Origin: Balanoglossus misakiensis
Lineage: Eukaryota > Animalia > Hemichordata
Direction: 5' to 3'
Assembly (NCBI GenBank): GCA_040954595.2
Contig: CM082594.2
Location: 4,573,319 to 4,637,318, forward strand
Length of the DNA stretch: 64,000 nucleotides
Positions 22,401 to 33,492 of the stretch are shown piece by piece. The position numbers were made by a program, and so were the translations under genes. The notes under the pieces are model-generated. The model saw nothing but the letters and a program-made list of their open reading frames with translations, was not told the origin of the DNA and searched no databases. Positions within the stretch are counted from its first letter, which is position 1. The number at the start of each line of letters is the position of its first letter.

Positions 22401-24772
22401 AATCCCAGAAAGGATCACACTGCAGTACATTGCTCTAGTTTTGTAATAAACAAGAAAGAAATTCAGAATGAAACAGTTATATCTGAATCGACATCCGGAC
22501 AACAGGCGCTTACAAAACGAAACGGCCATCGATGGAACACAACTCACGTGTATATACTTACTTCACCCCCTCCTTTGAACTGGAGCAACTGTTGAACCGT
22601 TGCGACATTTGTTGACTGGCTCCAACCGTAGGCAGTAGACTGATCGTACAGCCAATGGTCGCTGACCAAAACGTGTTGCGTTTCCTTGGATCCATGTCAA
22701 AGCTGAAGTTGAGCAGGAGTAAACGATATGCAACTCAATAATATTCACATTTAATAAGTTGAACGAACTTCATCGTGTACTATTACTTCAAGTTTCGAAC
22801 TTGTACAACGAAACTGTACACCTCCACGTCGTTACAAAATATAACATTAACCGAAATTCAAAGTTTATCCTTACTCCGCATATACGATCCTGCCGCCTGG
22901 GTCGGCGGTTTTCCAAACGTTCTCGATTCCGCCAAGCAACAGACACCCTTTAACGACTATGGCTATCATTCCGAAATACATCAGTGTGATCTGAATGACA
23001 TCCGTCCATATCACAGCCTTCATGCCACCCTGTTGATAAGTGTCAAAGGTTGTTGTGTAGTGCAAATTAATTACAATATACAAAGCAGACGATATATTCA
23101 ATGACGAGCTTAGTTTTTATAATAACGAAACTAAATAAGCGTAAGTAACGATTTACTATACTTAACTATCAATCACGTGATCTGGCCATATGCCCCACGG
23201 CGTTGTCATTTTCAGATGACGGGCAAGCAATATTTCGGCATCCAGTAAACGTTTTTCCGAGTAAGCTTTTACTTTTTAAAAATAGGCATTTTCATGCATA
23301 GCCGTGCTTCTTACCGAAAAATCGTGGTTCTTACGTTATACAGCCTACAGAGTCAAAATTTATCAAGGTTCTAGCTTACAAAGTCTTAATTTTAGTCTAT
23401 GCAATGATAATTTCTCATTAAAAATTAACAATTACGCTCTGACGTAATTTGATATCGAAGAATTCATAACACTAGCAGCCTACTTTGACTTGCCATGGCC
23501 GCGCCAGCAACTGTGTGCTATAGGACCCGTCTGCGCAACCGCAGTCGGAACGACCCCGTCCCTTTAAAGTACCACAGTAAACAACACCCTTCTTCAGAAG
23601 CTGGTAAGTAGCACTTACCAGCGATGTATAAAATGTACAGACTAAACCAACGGTCAGGACAGAGGCCCAAATACCGAGTCCCGTAACTGCATTCAGAGCC
23701 AGCGAAGGTGCATAAATTACGACGGCTAAATACAGAAGCTGGAAGAGAAACGTGTGAATTGGTGTAAGAAGGTCTACATAAAAATACCAAACGCGTCCTG
23801 ATCGTACTATTCCGGAGCCACCCCGAACAAACTGGAGAGGTTCCATGTATCAGTTTTCTAAAATTCAGATTTACTACCAAATAGTTGAAGAGATTTCCGT
23901 GCATGTCACGATGTATATAAGTGACTTTTCATTCCGGATTTCCACACTTTTCTTTCTGGTATCATATTGAGCGTACGTCATCCAATTGCGCTATCTGCGT
24001 CATAATAATAGCAAGTTATTTGATCATTGTTTGTATATGTTGGATTATTGATCTTAAAAAAAATTCCAGTATTTTTAAGTTGCTTACCTTGTACAGTATG
24101 TAGAGCGCCGTAGATATGAGACGAATTGATCGACAAAATCGTAACTCCATATACTGAAACAAAATTGGTTGAAGATGGTGTCTATGATGTCATGGGTATT
24201 TTCATTGAAACTCAATTCAATTTTTTCAGGTGGAAGTCGTGCCCAAACACCATCAATACATGAGCGACCCTGGCTTTTGCCAGACTAGGTCCAAACCATA
24301 GAAAACAATAGGTTTAGACTGGAACATGGTGGTGAAAGGGTTAAAGTTGCCACTATACGTTACCACTCCTTAAATCGGGTGGTCCTCCCTGAAAACTGAA
24401 CATCACTATATAAAGGTGGAGCGAAAACTCACTCACCTCGTATATGCTAGTGATTCCTAAACCGTAGAACACCGGAAGGTAGAAGTGGGCCGCTAATATT
24501 GTTACCAGGGAAAATCCAACAACTGTCCAAGCAAAGACACTGGAGTAGAAGTACACCTCGGCTCCGGCGCCGAGTGTCCCAATCGAAGAAATGGCGCTGG
24601 CTGTGATAGACGCGCCAACAGGCAGAAAGTGCATTCTACGATTTGCCAACAGATATTCTTCGGCTGTGCTCTGCTTGTTGCCCGTGCATCCATGGTAGAT
24701 GCCTACGCTTGCACACATCAACAGGACAGCGGCCAGAATGACGTAATCGATCGCAGAAATTGCCACGTCCAT
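19456..24772 (-). CDS. Sodium:solute symporter, SLC5A5/6/8/12 subfamily, paralog B, ~648 aa, 13 coding exons
   Basis: Exons 24772-24437, 24153-24088, 23738-23619, 23029-22875, 22702-22562, 22434-22305, 21924-21836, 21746-21628, 21401-21247, 20980-20754, 20373-20249, 20130-20024, 19632-19456. Total 1,947 nt, open frame; internal exon sizes identical to paralog A. Intron 9 is GC-AG. Confidence 0.92.
24279..24344. mobile_element. Partial piggyBac-like mini-MITE (family of 58319-58406), reverse orientation
   Basis: 'ccatagaaaacaatag...ggtggtgaaagggTTAA' is the reverse complement of the left part of the 58319 element. Confidence 0.6.
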
Positions 24773-25854
24773 CGTTCTGTGAGATTTAAATGACAACATA
24801 CGTCAATGGCGTTGCCGAGACCATTTACGAAGACGTGCCAGTTTTGTGATGAGATCCAATGCGGCACCTACCAGAATCGTTATTTCCAGGTACAAGTGGT
24901 GACCGTCTGTGCAAACCAGTTGAAAGTATGATCGGACATATTCACATACATGTAGACCCTTTCTCTAGGGGAGGTCGTACACCACTTTTTTACTTCGTAC
25001 AAACAATGAGCTACCTGTTTTGCTCGACCCTTGCAAAAGGTGATCTGGCATAAAGATATTTTCCTCAAAAGAGGTCATGGGGGTTGTGCTGTCAATGCGA
25101 CGCGCATAGCTAACTTACTCTTCTGTAGGTGTACATGTACCTAGTATTGGTAGTCCTTGAAGTCGCCTATGCCACTACATCTTGTGTTGCATTTTTTATA
25201 CACTTATAAAACACTAAGAACTTTCGGTCTCATGTGCCCTGTTATTAAGGTTTGGAAACAGACAAATTTTCTATTTGTCTGTGGTTTGGGTACGGTGAAG
25301 GTCGACAGCTATTTGGGTCATGGTATCACCTCAAGTGAACGTAAAAGTATTCTATACAATTTTGCAATTGGACGAGTGAAGCATAGACCCTTGGAGATCA
25401 AGTGAGTGAAGTTAATAGCCTAGCGTATTACCCAAAAACCTATCAGCCAGGAATACTCATTTAACAATAACCAAACAGTGTTGTACATCTCGACCACATT
25501 TCACTATAGCGGACACTTTCTTTTGTCCACCGAGACTCGACTCTACGGACACCTTGCAACCCTGCCAAGCGTGTTAAAAAACAAGACCCCGGAGCTAACC
25601 GGGGCTCGTTAAAAACTCACCGAAAGTTTACCTGACCACGGTCTTCCAAGTTTAGCCCGAAGAAAAGTTTTCCAACCGTTTAAATGCTGACACAGATTTC
25701 CAACGAGTCTGCTGGAATGATGGCGTTTTGAATTGACTTATTTCAACCGAGTCAATATCAGTGGTGAGATTGAGTACTTTTCGTGCTGTCTTTTGACCGT
25801 TGTCACTGCTTCGGGTATGATAACAATTACTGTACATCTTTTGTTCGGGAAACA

Positions 25855-26253
25855 ACTGCATCTGACCTCGCTGACCTGAGGTTAGCCAGGCGATTCAAGG
25901 AGAACTTACTACAGAAAAAACCCTCATAATTCTGTTTGAAGCTTTGTTTATGGGTAGTTTATGAGTGCTTGTATCTGTTTGCTTGTTGTTAATACGTTTC
26001 TTTATTTTCCTTTTTTTAGTTTGCATGTTTCGGCTTCTGGCTTTTCTGAGGGGGCTGGTCGGCTCCTATGATTCAGTCCTTTTTCTGCCGCTGGGTGCGC
26101 TGTGCAAAGTTTGCAGGTTCAAAGGTCAAGTGGTGTAACACAAACTTTGCCCCGAAGTTCAGTTATATGTATACTGGTTCGTGGAGATCTCTGTCAGTGT
26201 ATGTCGTGAAGTCAGTCTCTAAGACATCAGTCACCTGCTAATATTGTGCCGCC
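25855..26253. promoter_or_regulatory. Putative shared (divergent) promoter of SLC5-B and AGMO with a nuclear-receptor site cluster
   Basis: TGACCTcgcTGACCTgAGGTTA (25863-25884). DR1-type TGTGCA-A-AGTTTG (26101-26113), GGTTCA-A-AGGTCA (26116-26128) and minus-strand GGGGCA-A-AGTTTG (26141-26153). Inr-like TCAGTT at 26159-26164. Kozak GCCGCCATGG at the AGMO ATG. Confidence 0.55.
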
Positions 26254-29200
26254 ATGGCTGCTGTCAATGGATCTGTCAGCCCGGGCCTCTTCAAAGTGGA
26301 TGCCCTCACTGGGTTCAGGCGACTCTTCTATGTAATAACGCCGAATGAATCGTCGTTTGAGGCAACGGAAGATGTACCCGAGTATATACTTGAGGTGGGT
26401 ACACTTGTAAGATTTTGTGGTGTGCAAGAAAAGGTGCTTTGCCACACAAGTCGGGGATAACGCTGCTTGTATGTCATAGGCAGTTGACATTACATGTTCT
26501 TCCTAGACCTATATCATGATGCCGGAATCACTTAGTAATTTGCACAGTCAGTATTAAATCTCATACAAATCGCTGAAGTTCAAGTTACATGCATGTACCA
26601 GATTTAGCAGAACTACTTGCATAATCAGATGACTTCTTGTTTGCATTGATCATCAGAGTTTCCCAAGTTTCAACTTAATGACCGTCTGGCAGCGCCTCAC
26701 CTGTACAAATACATAGATTCTGATTTCAAGGACTGCCCTCCGATAACATTTCTATAATTAGTATAAAGTCTTCAGTGGTTATTATCGTTTGATTATTTGG
26801 ATTCCAAAGGTTCTGCAAAACAAACCTTGCACTCAATTCGAACAGAAAGTGGGTCACAATTAAACAAGGGCAATTTCAGGTGACATAATTTCACACCCAC
26901 CATGTTTGAGGGCGTTCTGGGGGACCGGATAGCAATTCACAAGTTGAGTCATAGGAAATATTTCAGCCTCTCATACTTCAGATTAGTACCTATATGTATT
27001 CATTAAAGCATAAGAAAATCTGCCCTGTATAATTTAAAGTTGAACAACGTCATCGCTAGTTATAGCCTGATATTCAGATTTGATGTGAAATATGAGAATA
27101 ATTATGCAGAGATTGGCCTGTTCTGGCACACACATTTTGTTTAATATCACGGTATGGTCTTGCCTTGTCTTTTTCAGTCAGCCCCATTCTTCTTCATAGC
27201 AATCCTGCTGGAGATGCTGATTGGTCATCTCCAAGGCAACCATAAGATGTACAGAGTGAATGACAGCCTCAGTTCCATCGGAGCGGGCATGTTCATGACG
27301 ATAGTTGCTGGGATATCAAAGTAAGCAAAACTGAGCTCTCGTCGAAAGGTGGTGGAGATACAATAGAAGCTGGTAGTTGGCAAAAAGAACAGCCTTTTCT
27401 GACTAGCTACCTTTTTTCAGAATGTGTGCTTACTTTGCAAGATGAATAACCCCCCTTCCCAACTATCAGTGTACAGCTATCATACTCTTTGAAAAGGGTA
27501 GATACAAAAGTCAAACTGGGGTCTGGCACTTGTGCAGTTTTTCTAGAATTAGCTGTTTGTATGTATGTTTGATCATTGATAACAAGTTGGTTTCACGACT
27601 TCTTGCTCTGTCTCAGGTTATTTTTCCACTCGGCTGAATTCGCTGGCTACATATGGGTCCATGAAAATCTGCGTTTGGTTGACATGGCTTGGAACTCTCC
27701 ATGGACATGGGTGCTCTGTTTTATAGCTGTCGATAAGGGGTACTACTGGTTTCATAGGTTTGCACATGGTAAGTGTCAGGAACATTGGTGTGGGTAGATT
27801 GGTTAGGATAAGTGTACTGTAGTTGCATGTATAATGGTATAGGTCTATTTGTATACAGAGATCTATAGTAGTGAGGTGTGGCTGTGTTCTGACACATTGC
27901 CTGTGTTTTTTTTTCCTTTTTCACAGAAGTGAATTTCATGTGGGCGTTCCATCAGGTCCATCACAGCTCAGAGGAATACAATCTGAGCACAGCTTTGAGA
28001 CAGTCAATATTTCAACGATACACATCTTGGGTGAGTATTATATTAAGCTGTTTCATCAGATACCGGTACATCAAATGTGAACTTTCATCACACAATTTCA
28101 AATGAATAATTTCTGCTTTACTGTTATGTACCATATATATCCATAACTCTGTGATTTTTCTTTTTTTTTCCAAATTAAGATATTCTATGTGCCGATTGGA
28201 TTCTTTGTACCCCCACCAATAGCCCTGGTGCACATCCAGTTCAACACACTCTATCAGTTCTGGATTCACACTGAGGTGAGTTGCCAGGGTGACGGGACTC
28301 AAACAGCCAATCAGAAGCAACCAAAGTGTTGTCATCACCTGTGATTGGCTGATGCGAAGAAATATGCATATCAGTACAAATGCAGCCTTACATTTTGTAG
28401 AAGATCATCTACATGTTGTAATTTTGTTGAAATGTGTTTTGTTTCAGTTAATCAAGAGCCTTGGACCTCTGGAGTACATACTGAACACCCCTAGTCATCA
28501 CAGAGTTCACCATGGTAAGGTTCTGTCTACAAACTCACTGTTTATGTTATGGGGGCAAAAGTTAGAATTTTGAAGTACACTTATCAGATAATTGCATTGT
28601 TACTCTGTTGAAACAATGCCGTGTCTTCTTCGAGAACCATAGTTACACTGGCGCATTGAGAGAAACAGTGAATACTCTCCATGATATAATTTCTCAACTT
28701 AATGTACCATTCTTTTTCCTTGTCAGGTCGTAATGCCTATTGTATCGACAAGAATTATGCCGGCACACTTATCATTTGGGATAGGATGTTTGGTAAGTTA
28801 AGAATGACGGATGTACCCATCACATGTAACAGTAGCTCCACAGGAAACTGGCAATGCTTGATGCTAAAATCATCGATGGATATGACCAGTGTGTTGGTGT
28901 TCTCTGCTTCAGCACAAGACATTCAGTAGTTGAAAGATCAGTCTCCTGAGGGCGATCTTCAACAGCAAATCTTTAAGGTTTTGAAACCACCATGATAATC
29001 GCATATACCGGTACTAGCTTCCAGGAAAGTGTATCAAATGTTAGATGTAATGAATTCTGTTATAATATGTCATCATAACATATTTTTCAGGCACTTTTGC
29101 ACCCGAAGATGAACACGTAGTCTATGGTCTCACACATCCATTGAATTCATGGAACCCGATCTACATCCAGGTAAAGTTTGTATACACTTGTAGCATCTAC

Positions 29201-31033
29201 AATCTTACTAATTGTATTTTCCATGTCATGGTCTGGTAACAGTGGTCTGACTGGTTTAATCCAGTTGTTTTACATGCGGAATAGTGTCAACCGCTATACA
29301 GTAAAATAGGTATGTTTGTAATGACTGCAGTTTTGCTACTAAATTTGCTGAATGGACCACACCCTATCAGCCATGCCCAACCATACAATACAAAAGAATA
29401 GGGCCGTTCCAATGTTCTGGTACTGATAGAGTGGAATGTCATGTTACTAAAGTATGTTATGTTTTAATTTCAGTTTTCTCATCTGATACACATGTGGCAC
29501 ACTTTCTGGAGCACGTCGGGCGTCGGCAACAAACTATCGGTTATATTCAAAGGACCGGGATGGGAACCGGGCAAGCCGAGACTTGGATGCATTGAAGACA
29601 TTCCCAAGGTATGTTGTCTCCCGTGTTTGCCTTGATCTGTGTCGCAGTGATGCTTGGAAATCGCAGTATAAGTTTTTCCCATGTCAAAAATCGAGCTCAA
29701 AGAATGCAATGTCAGTTGGGGAAAACAAAAGCAGAGCCATGCTTTCCTGTGGTACGGTGTCATTCCTCTGAAGATTCCGACACCGTTTTTCCGATTTTAG
29801 GTGAAGCATCCGTGGCCCAAATACAACAGCAGAGCAGGCATCTTTGGCGACGTTTATGTCGTGATACACTTTCTCACCATCTACCTTGCTTATGAAGACA
29901 TTGGAAGACACATCAATGTAAGAAATTTCACTTATTTTTTTATTTTGAAAAGATAATACCTCAACATATGAGGGTGACAAGTCTAACAACTGTTATGTCC
30001 GAATACAAATGGATTTCACGAGCATATAATGTATGCCATCGTAATGCTGGGAGGTTATAGAATCGTTTTCTTTGGTTACTGACAATGCAACGTGAGGGTA
30101 ATGTCTGACAGATTTGCCTCCTGTGTATCAGTTGCAAAGAGAATTGTTTCTATGTTGTTTTTTGCTTCATATCACTCGTGCAAACTCATAATAGGTGCTA
30201 TGCACGTAACAATAATTTTTATAATCATTGACAAGACCATGTGCTGATAAGTACGTCACAGTTGATGATGTCATGATCTCTTGTGCACGGTTTCAGGTGT
30301 TGTCACAGACGGCTGTGCTGTGTGGTATGGCCTATATTGTGCTGACGCTGACCAGTGTTGGTGCAATTTGTGACAGAGCGTAAGTCCCCTTAGTGTTTCA
30401 ATTATTGACTTTTCAAATATCCTTGTATCACAGATTTTTTTTCATGGGATTTTACCTTCCCTTTGAAGGTATCACCTTCAATTTACATATTGCCATATAT
30501 AGCTGAAATGGCGTATTTAAGTGTTCTAAAGAACATATGGTGGCGCTCTTTTCGTGTGTGCCACCCACTGAAAATCTGTGATTGGCTGTATCTCAATTTG
30601 CAATGGTAACTGTAGCTGAATTTGCAAAGGTGACCGTATACCTTTAATAGTCAATGCATTCAGCCTAGTAGCCTAGTACATGATATCCTGCCTATAAAGA
30701 GAAAACTCCAAAATGATTACTTAACAAGTGTTTTTGACATTTTTTTACTAATCGGTTTTGTGAGAAAAGAAATATAATATTTTTTTGTTTAAAAATATTT
30801 TTTTTTCATACTTCTACTTTTCCAGTTCATTTGCCCCCTTGTTGGAGTTTGTACGTTGTGGCCTGTATCTTATCATGGATGCAACATTGTCCGTGTCCTA
30901 TGCACCGATACTGGGCATTGGACAGGTGACCACTAAAGCTAAAATAATCCGAGGACTCTTCACGCTGTCTGCGAGCATCTGGCTGGTGAAGGGGATCAGA
31001 AGTGTGAATGGACAGAAGACAAAAGTTGCATAA
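26254..31033 (+). CDS. AGMO: Alkylglycerol monooxygenase (TMEM195), ~463 aa, 12 exons
   Basis: Exons 26254-26394, 27178-27320, 27617-27768, 27927-28030, 28180-28275, 28448-28514, 28727-28792, 29091-29170, 29474-29608, 29801-29917, 30297-30379, 30826-31033. All GT-AG, 1,392 nt, open frame. Fatty-acid-hydroxylase His boxes and AGMO motifs: [94 protein letters not shown] at 31478-31483. Confidence 0.97.
30467..30643. mobile_element. Degenerate TTAA-target (Kolobok-like) MITE in AGMO intron 11
   Basis: TTGA|AGGTAT(..)CACCTT ... AAGGTGACCGTATACCT|TTAA: imperfect TIRs with AGG/CCT ends. Confidence 0.55.
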
Positions 31034-31539
31034 AACATTATCACTTGAACTTCTAGAATACTGGATATGAAACAGACTCATCCTTTCATCAGGATTTTTA
31101 TCTGATCTCTGGTTTGTTTGTTTTTGATGAACACGCCATGACATTTCTTGGATTTTCATCTGAATGAAAGATATCAAAGGTGCTGTAAAAGGGTGATAAT
31201 TTCAAATATTAATTTTCACCACCAAAGTAAAAGAATGAACGTTTTTATCTGACACCAAAGTTTTTCCATTTTTCCCGATGTAAAAGCTCTTCTACATCTA
31301 ATTTTGGCTTGGTTCAGGCTTATGGAAAGTTTTTCTTCTACTTTTGTATTTGAACGTTTTAATTAACAATTTACAATGCAAGATGAAGTGAAAATGTGTT
31401 GACCTGTATATTTCTTCTATTTACAAACCAATGCAAGTGATTGATATTATATATGTAATTATTTTACATTTTTTAAGAATAAACAAATCAAATATATTGT
31501 ATTTATTGTGTGTCTTTTGACTTATGTGCAGGCTGACAC

Positions 31540-31961
31540 CTATATAAGTCGCGACGGCTGTATTTCCAACAATCCACGGCGAGTTGGAAAGCGACGCCAT
31601 AGTTACGCGTGGTATGTAGATCATGCATGTTCAATTTCATTCGTTGAAAGTTTGTTTTCCCATGATGCCCCGCGCCAGACCCCCTTGTTTATCGTTCGTC
31701 CGTGTGCGTTTTGCAGTTCCGTGAGCGACCTGGAAACCTATATTTTTTATGCGCGAAACAAATATATAACCGCGGATGTGTTAGCTTCGCAAGAAAGGAC
31801 GAAACACGGAGAATATTATCCTGTGGGGTGGCCTGTCAAGTCGAAATGTGACGGTCGAAACCAGCCCGTGTTGAAACTCAGTGAAATTGTACACAAGTTA
31901 TAGGTTGTAGTTCGTATGAAAGTGCATGCACTCCCACGTGGCCTGGTGTCGAGAGGTAGGT
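31540..31961 (+). promoter_or_regulatory. CpG-rich putative promoter and non-coding first exon of the downstream DGK gene
   Basis: Abrupt CpG enrichment just after the AGMO poly(A) signal, ending in donor GAG|GTAGGT (31955/31956). The next gene on this strand is the DGK. Confidence 0.45.
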
Positions 31962-33095
31962 ATAAACGTGATAACCTTCGTCAATCAGTTATTCTATGGT
32001 AATAATTTTGGACTGTTAAGCTTTTGTCAGTTAATTTGTCACTAGACGTGGCCAGTGAAATTGACACGATGGTCAGGTGACGTCATTCACTCCTGAGCCT
32101 CCGGGCGATACAGTACATGGAAATTTAATTTTTAATTCGTAAGCTTCTGGGGCTCTGGGATACAAATAATGTAGGTATCAGGTGCAATTTGCAAGTTTTG
32201 TGTAAAACAATCAAATTGTCATTGAAAAGTATGTTTGGCCACGAGTGGAATGACTAGGGACGCTAAAGTCTGCCTGAGTGAATGACCTCACCGCAGGGGC
32301 TTCCGAGGGCAATGACCTTTTTTAATTAATTACGTAACGTCATTAATTCTCCCGAACCGCATTGCCATATATTAACCATGTGGCTCGCCTCCTGTACGGC
32401 AAGAGTTGACGTTTTGTAAGAAGAGGAGCGAAAATAAGAGGGTAGGGTTCGTGAGAATGTAAAACCAGGGGTGCTACAATGTACTTTCTTTGATGAAATC
32501 GACATTCTGGCAAACTAGCACGTACGTATTCCTACGGGTACGATATTTGCACTGCTTCTTGCCTGACCTCGTTGCGAAGCTGGGTTCATGCAGTATCTTC
32601 ACAAATTTGAATGTAAAAAGATCTTTATGGTGCATGGTAGCATCGCAGTTTTACCTGCACAAGATTTGTCATTGAAAGGCTACACTTAGAAATCCGCAAA
32701 ACCCATGTAATGATGTATTTCTATGAAACTGAGTACATGAAGTTGATGAACTAATTTCACGTGGTTCAACTGGCTTGAGTCAAAACATGAAATTGGATTT
32801 GTTTGAGATAGCAGCAGATAGACCATGTCAGGATGGAACAGGAAATATGATTTGTTTTACTTTTGCCACTGACTTTGATCATATGGTAAATGATTTAATG
32901 ATTTGTCACATCAGTACTCATTCGCTTGTTGAACTTCTGATGGTAAATGATTCTCTATCAGATTTTGATAAACTTGAAAGACAGATCATTGACAATCCTT
33001 ACCACAAAGAAAATAAAGAATTTAATGAAAATGAAGTGAAAAAATGAACAAAAACAGTACCCCTAATACTGTGAAGCAAGCATTTCTTGTGTGGG

Positions 33096-33110
33096 GCGCC
33101 CTCTGGTGGC
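33096..33110 (-). promoter_or_regulatory. CTCF-binding motif
   Basis: Reverse complement reads GCCACCAGAGGGCGC, matching the bilaterian CTCF core consensus CCACYAGRKGGCGC. Confidence 0.6.
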
Positions 33111-33145
33111 GGATATGGAATTTATTTTGAGTTGTGTTACTTTAA

Positions 33146-33492
33146 AGGGACAAAGTCTCTCTCTCGCTGCCCTTTTTCCATTAATTATGTTTGATACAAG
33201 ACACTCTTTATGTTAATGTACATGTGGATATATAGTGAATCAATGATCAACAACACACAACTTCCATCCTGTTTGTATGATATGAGTGTAAAAACTCGCC
33301 CAAAATGAATAAATGGTAAAGAACGATTATTCATTTTGGCGATTTTTTTCACTCTCCTGTCTATAAGAGGTATGGAAATTGTGTGTGGTTGAACGTTCAT
33401 TCACTATATATCCACATGTAGAATAACAAACAGTGTCTTGTATCAAATATAATTAATGGAAAAAAGGGCAGCGAGAGAGAGACTTTGTCCCT
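33146..33492. mobile_element. Fold-back MITE with TTAA target duplication and AGG..CCT ends (Kolobok-like), 347 bp
   Basis: TTAA|AGGGACAAAGTCTCTCTCTCGCTGCCC ... GGGCAGCGAGAGAGAGACTTTGTCCCT|TTAA. The arms pair almost to the centre (~33320). Confidence 0.9.

Noticed and set aside
8626-24772. Either SLC5 copy being a pseudogene
   Set aside because: All 13 exons splice in frame without stops once the GC donor is accepted.
28303-28351. Short inverted repeat CAGCCAATCA...TGATTGGCTG in AGMO intron 5
   Set aside because: Only 10-bp arms and no TSD; too little to call a MITE or RNA structure.
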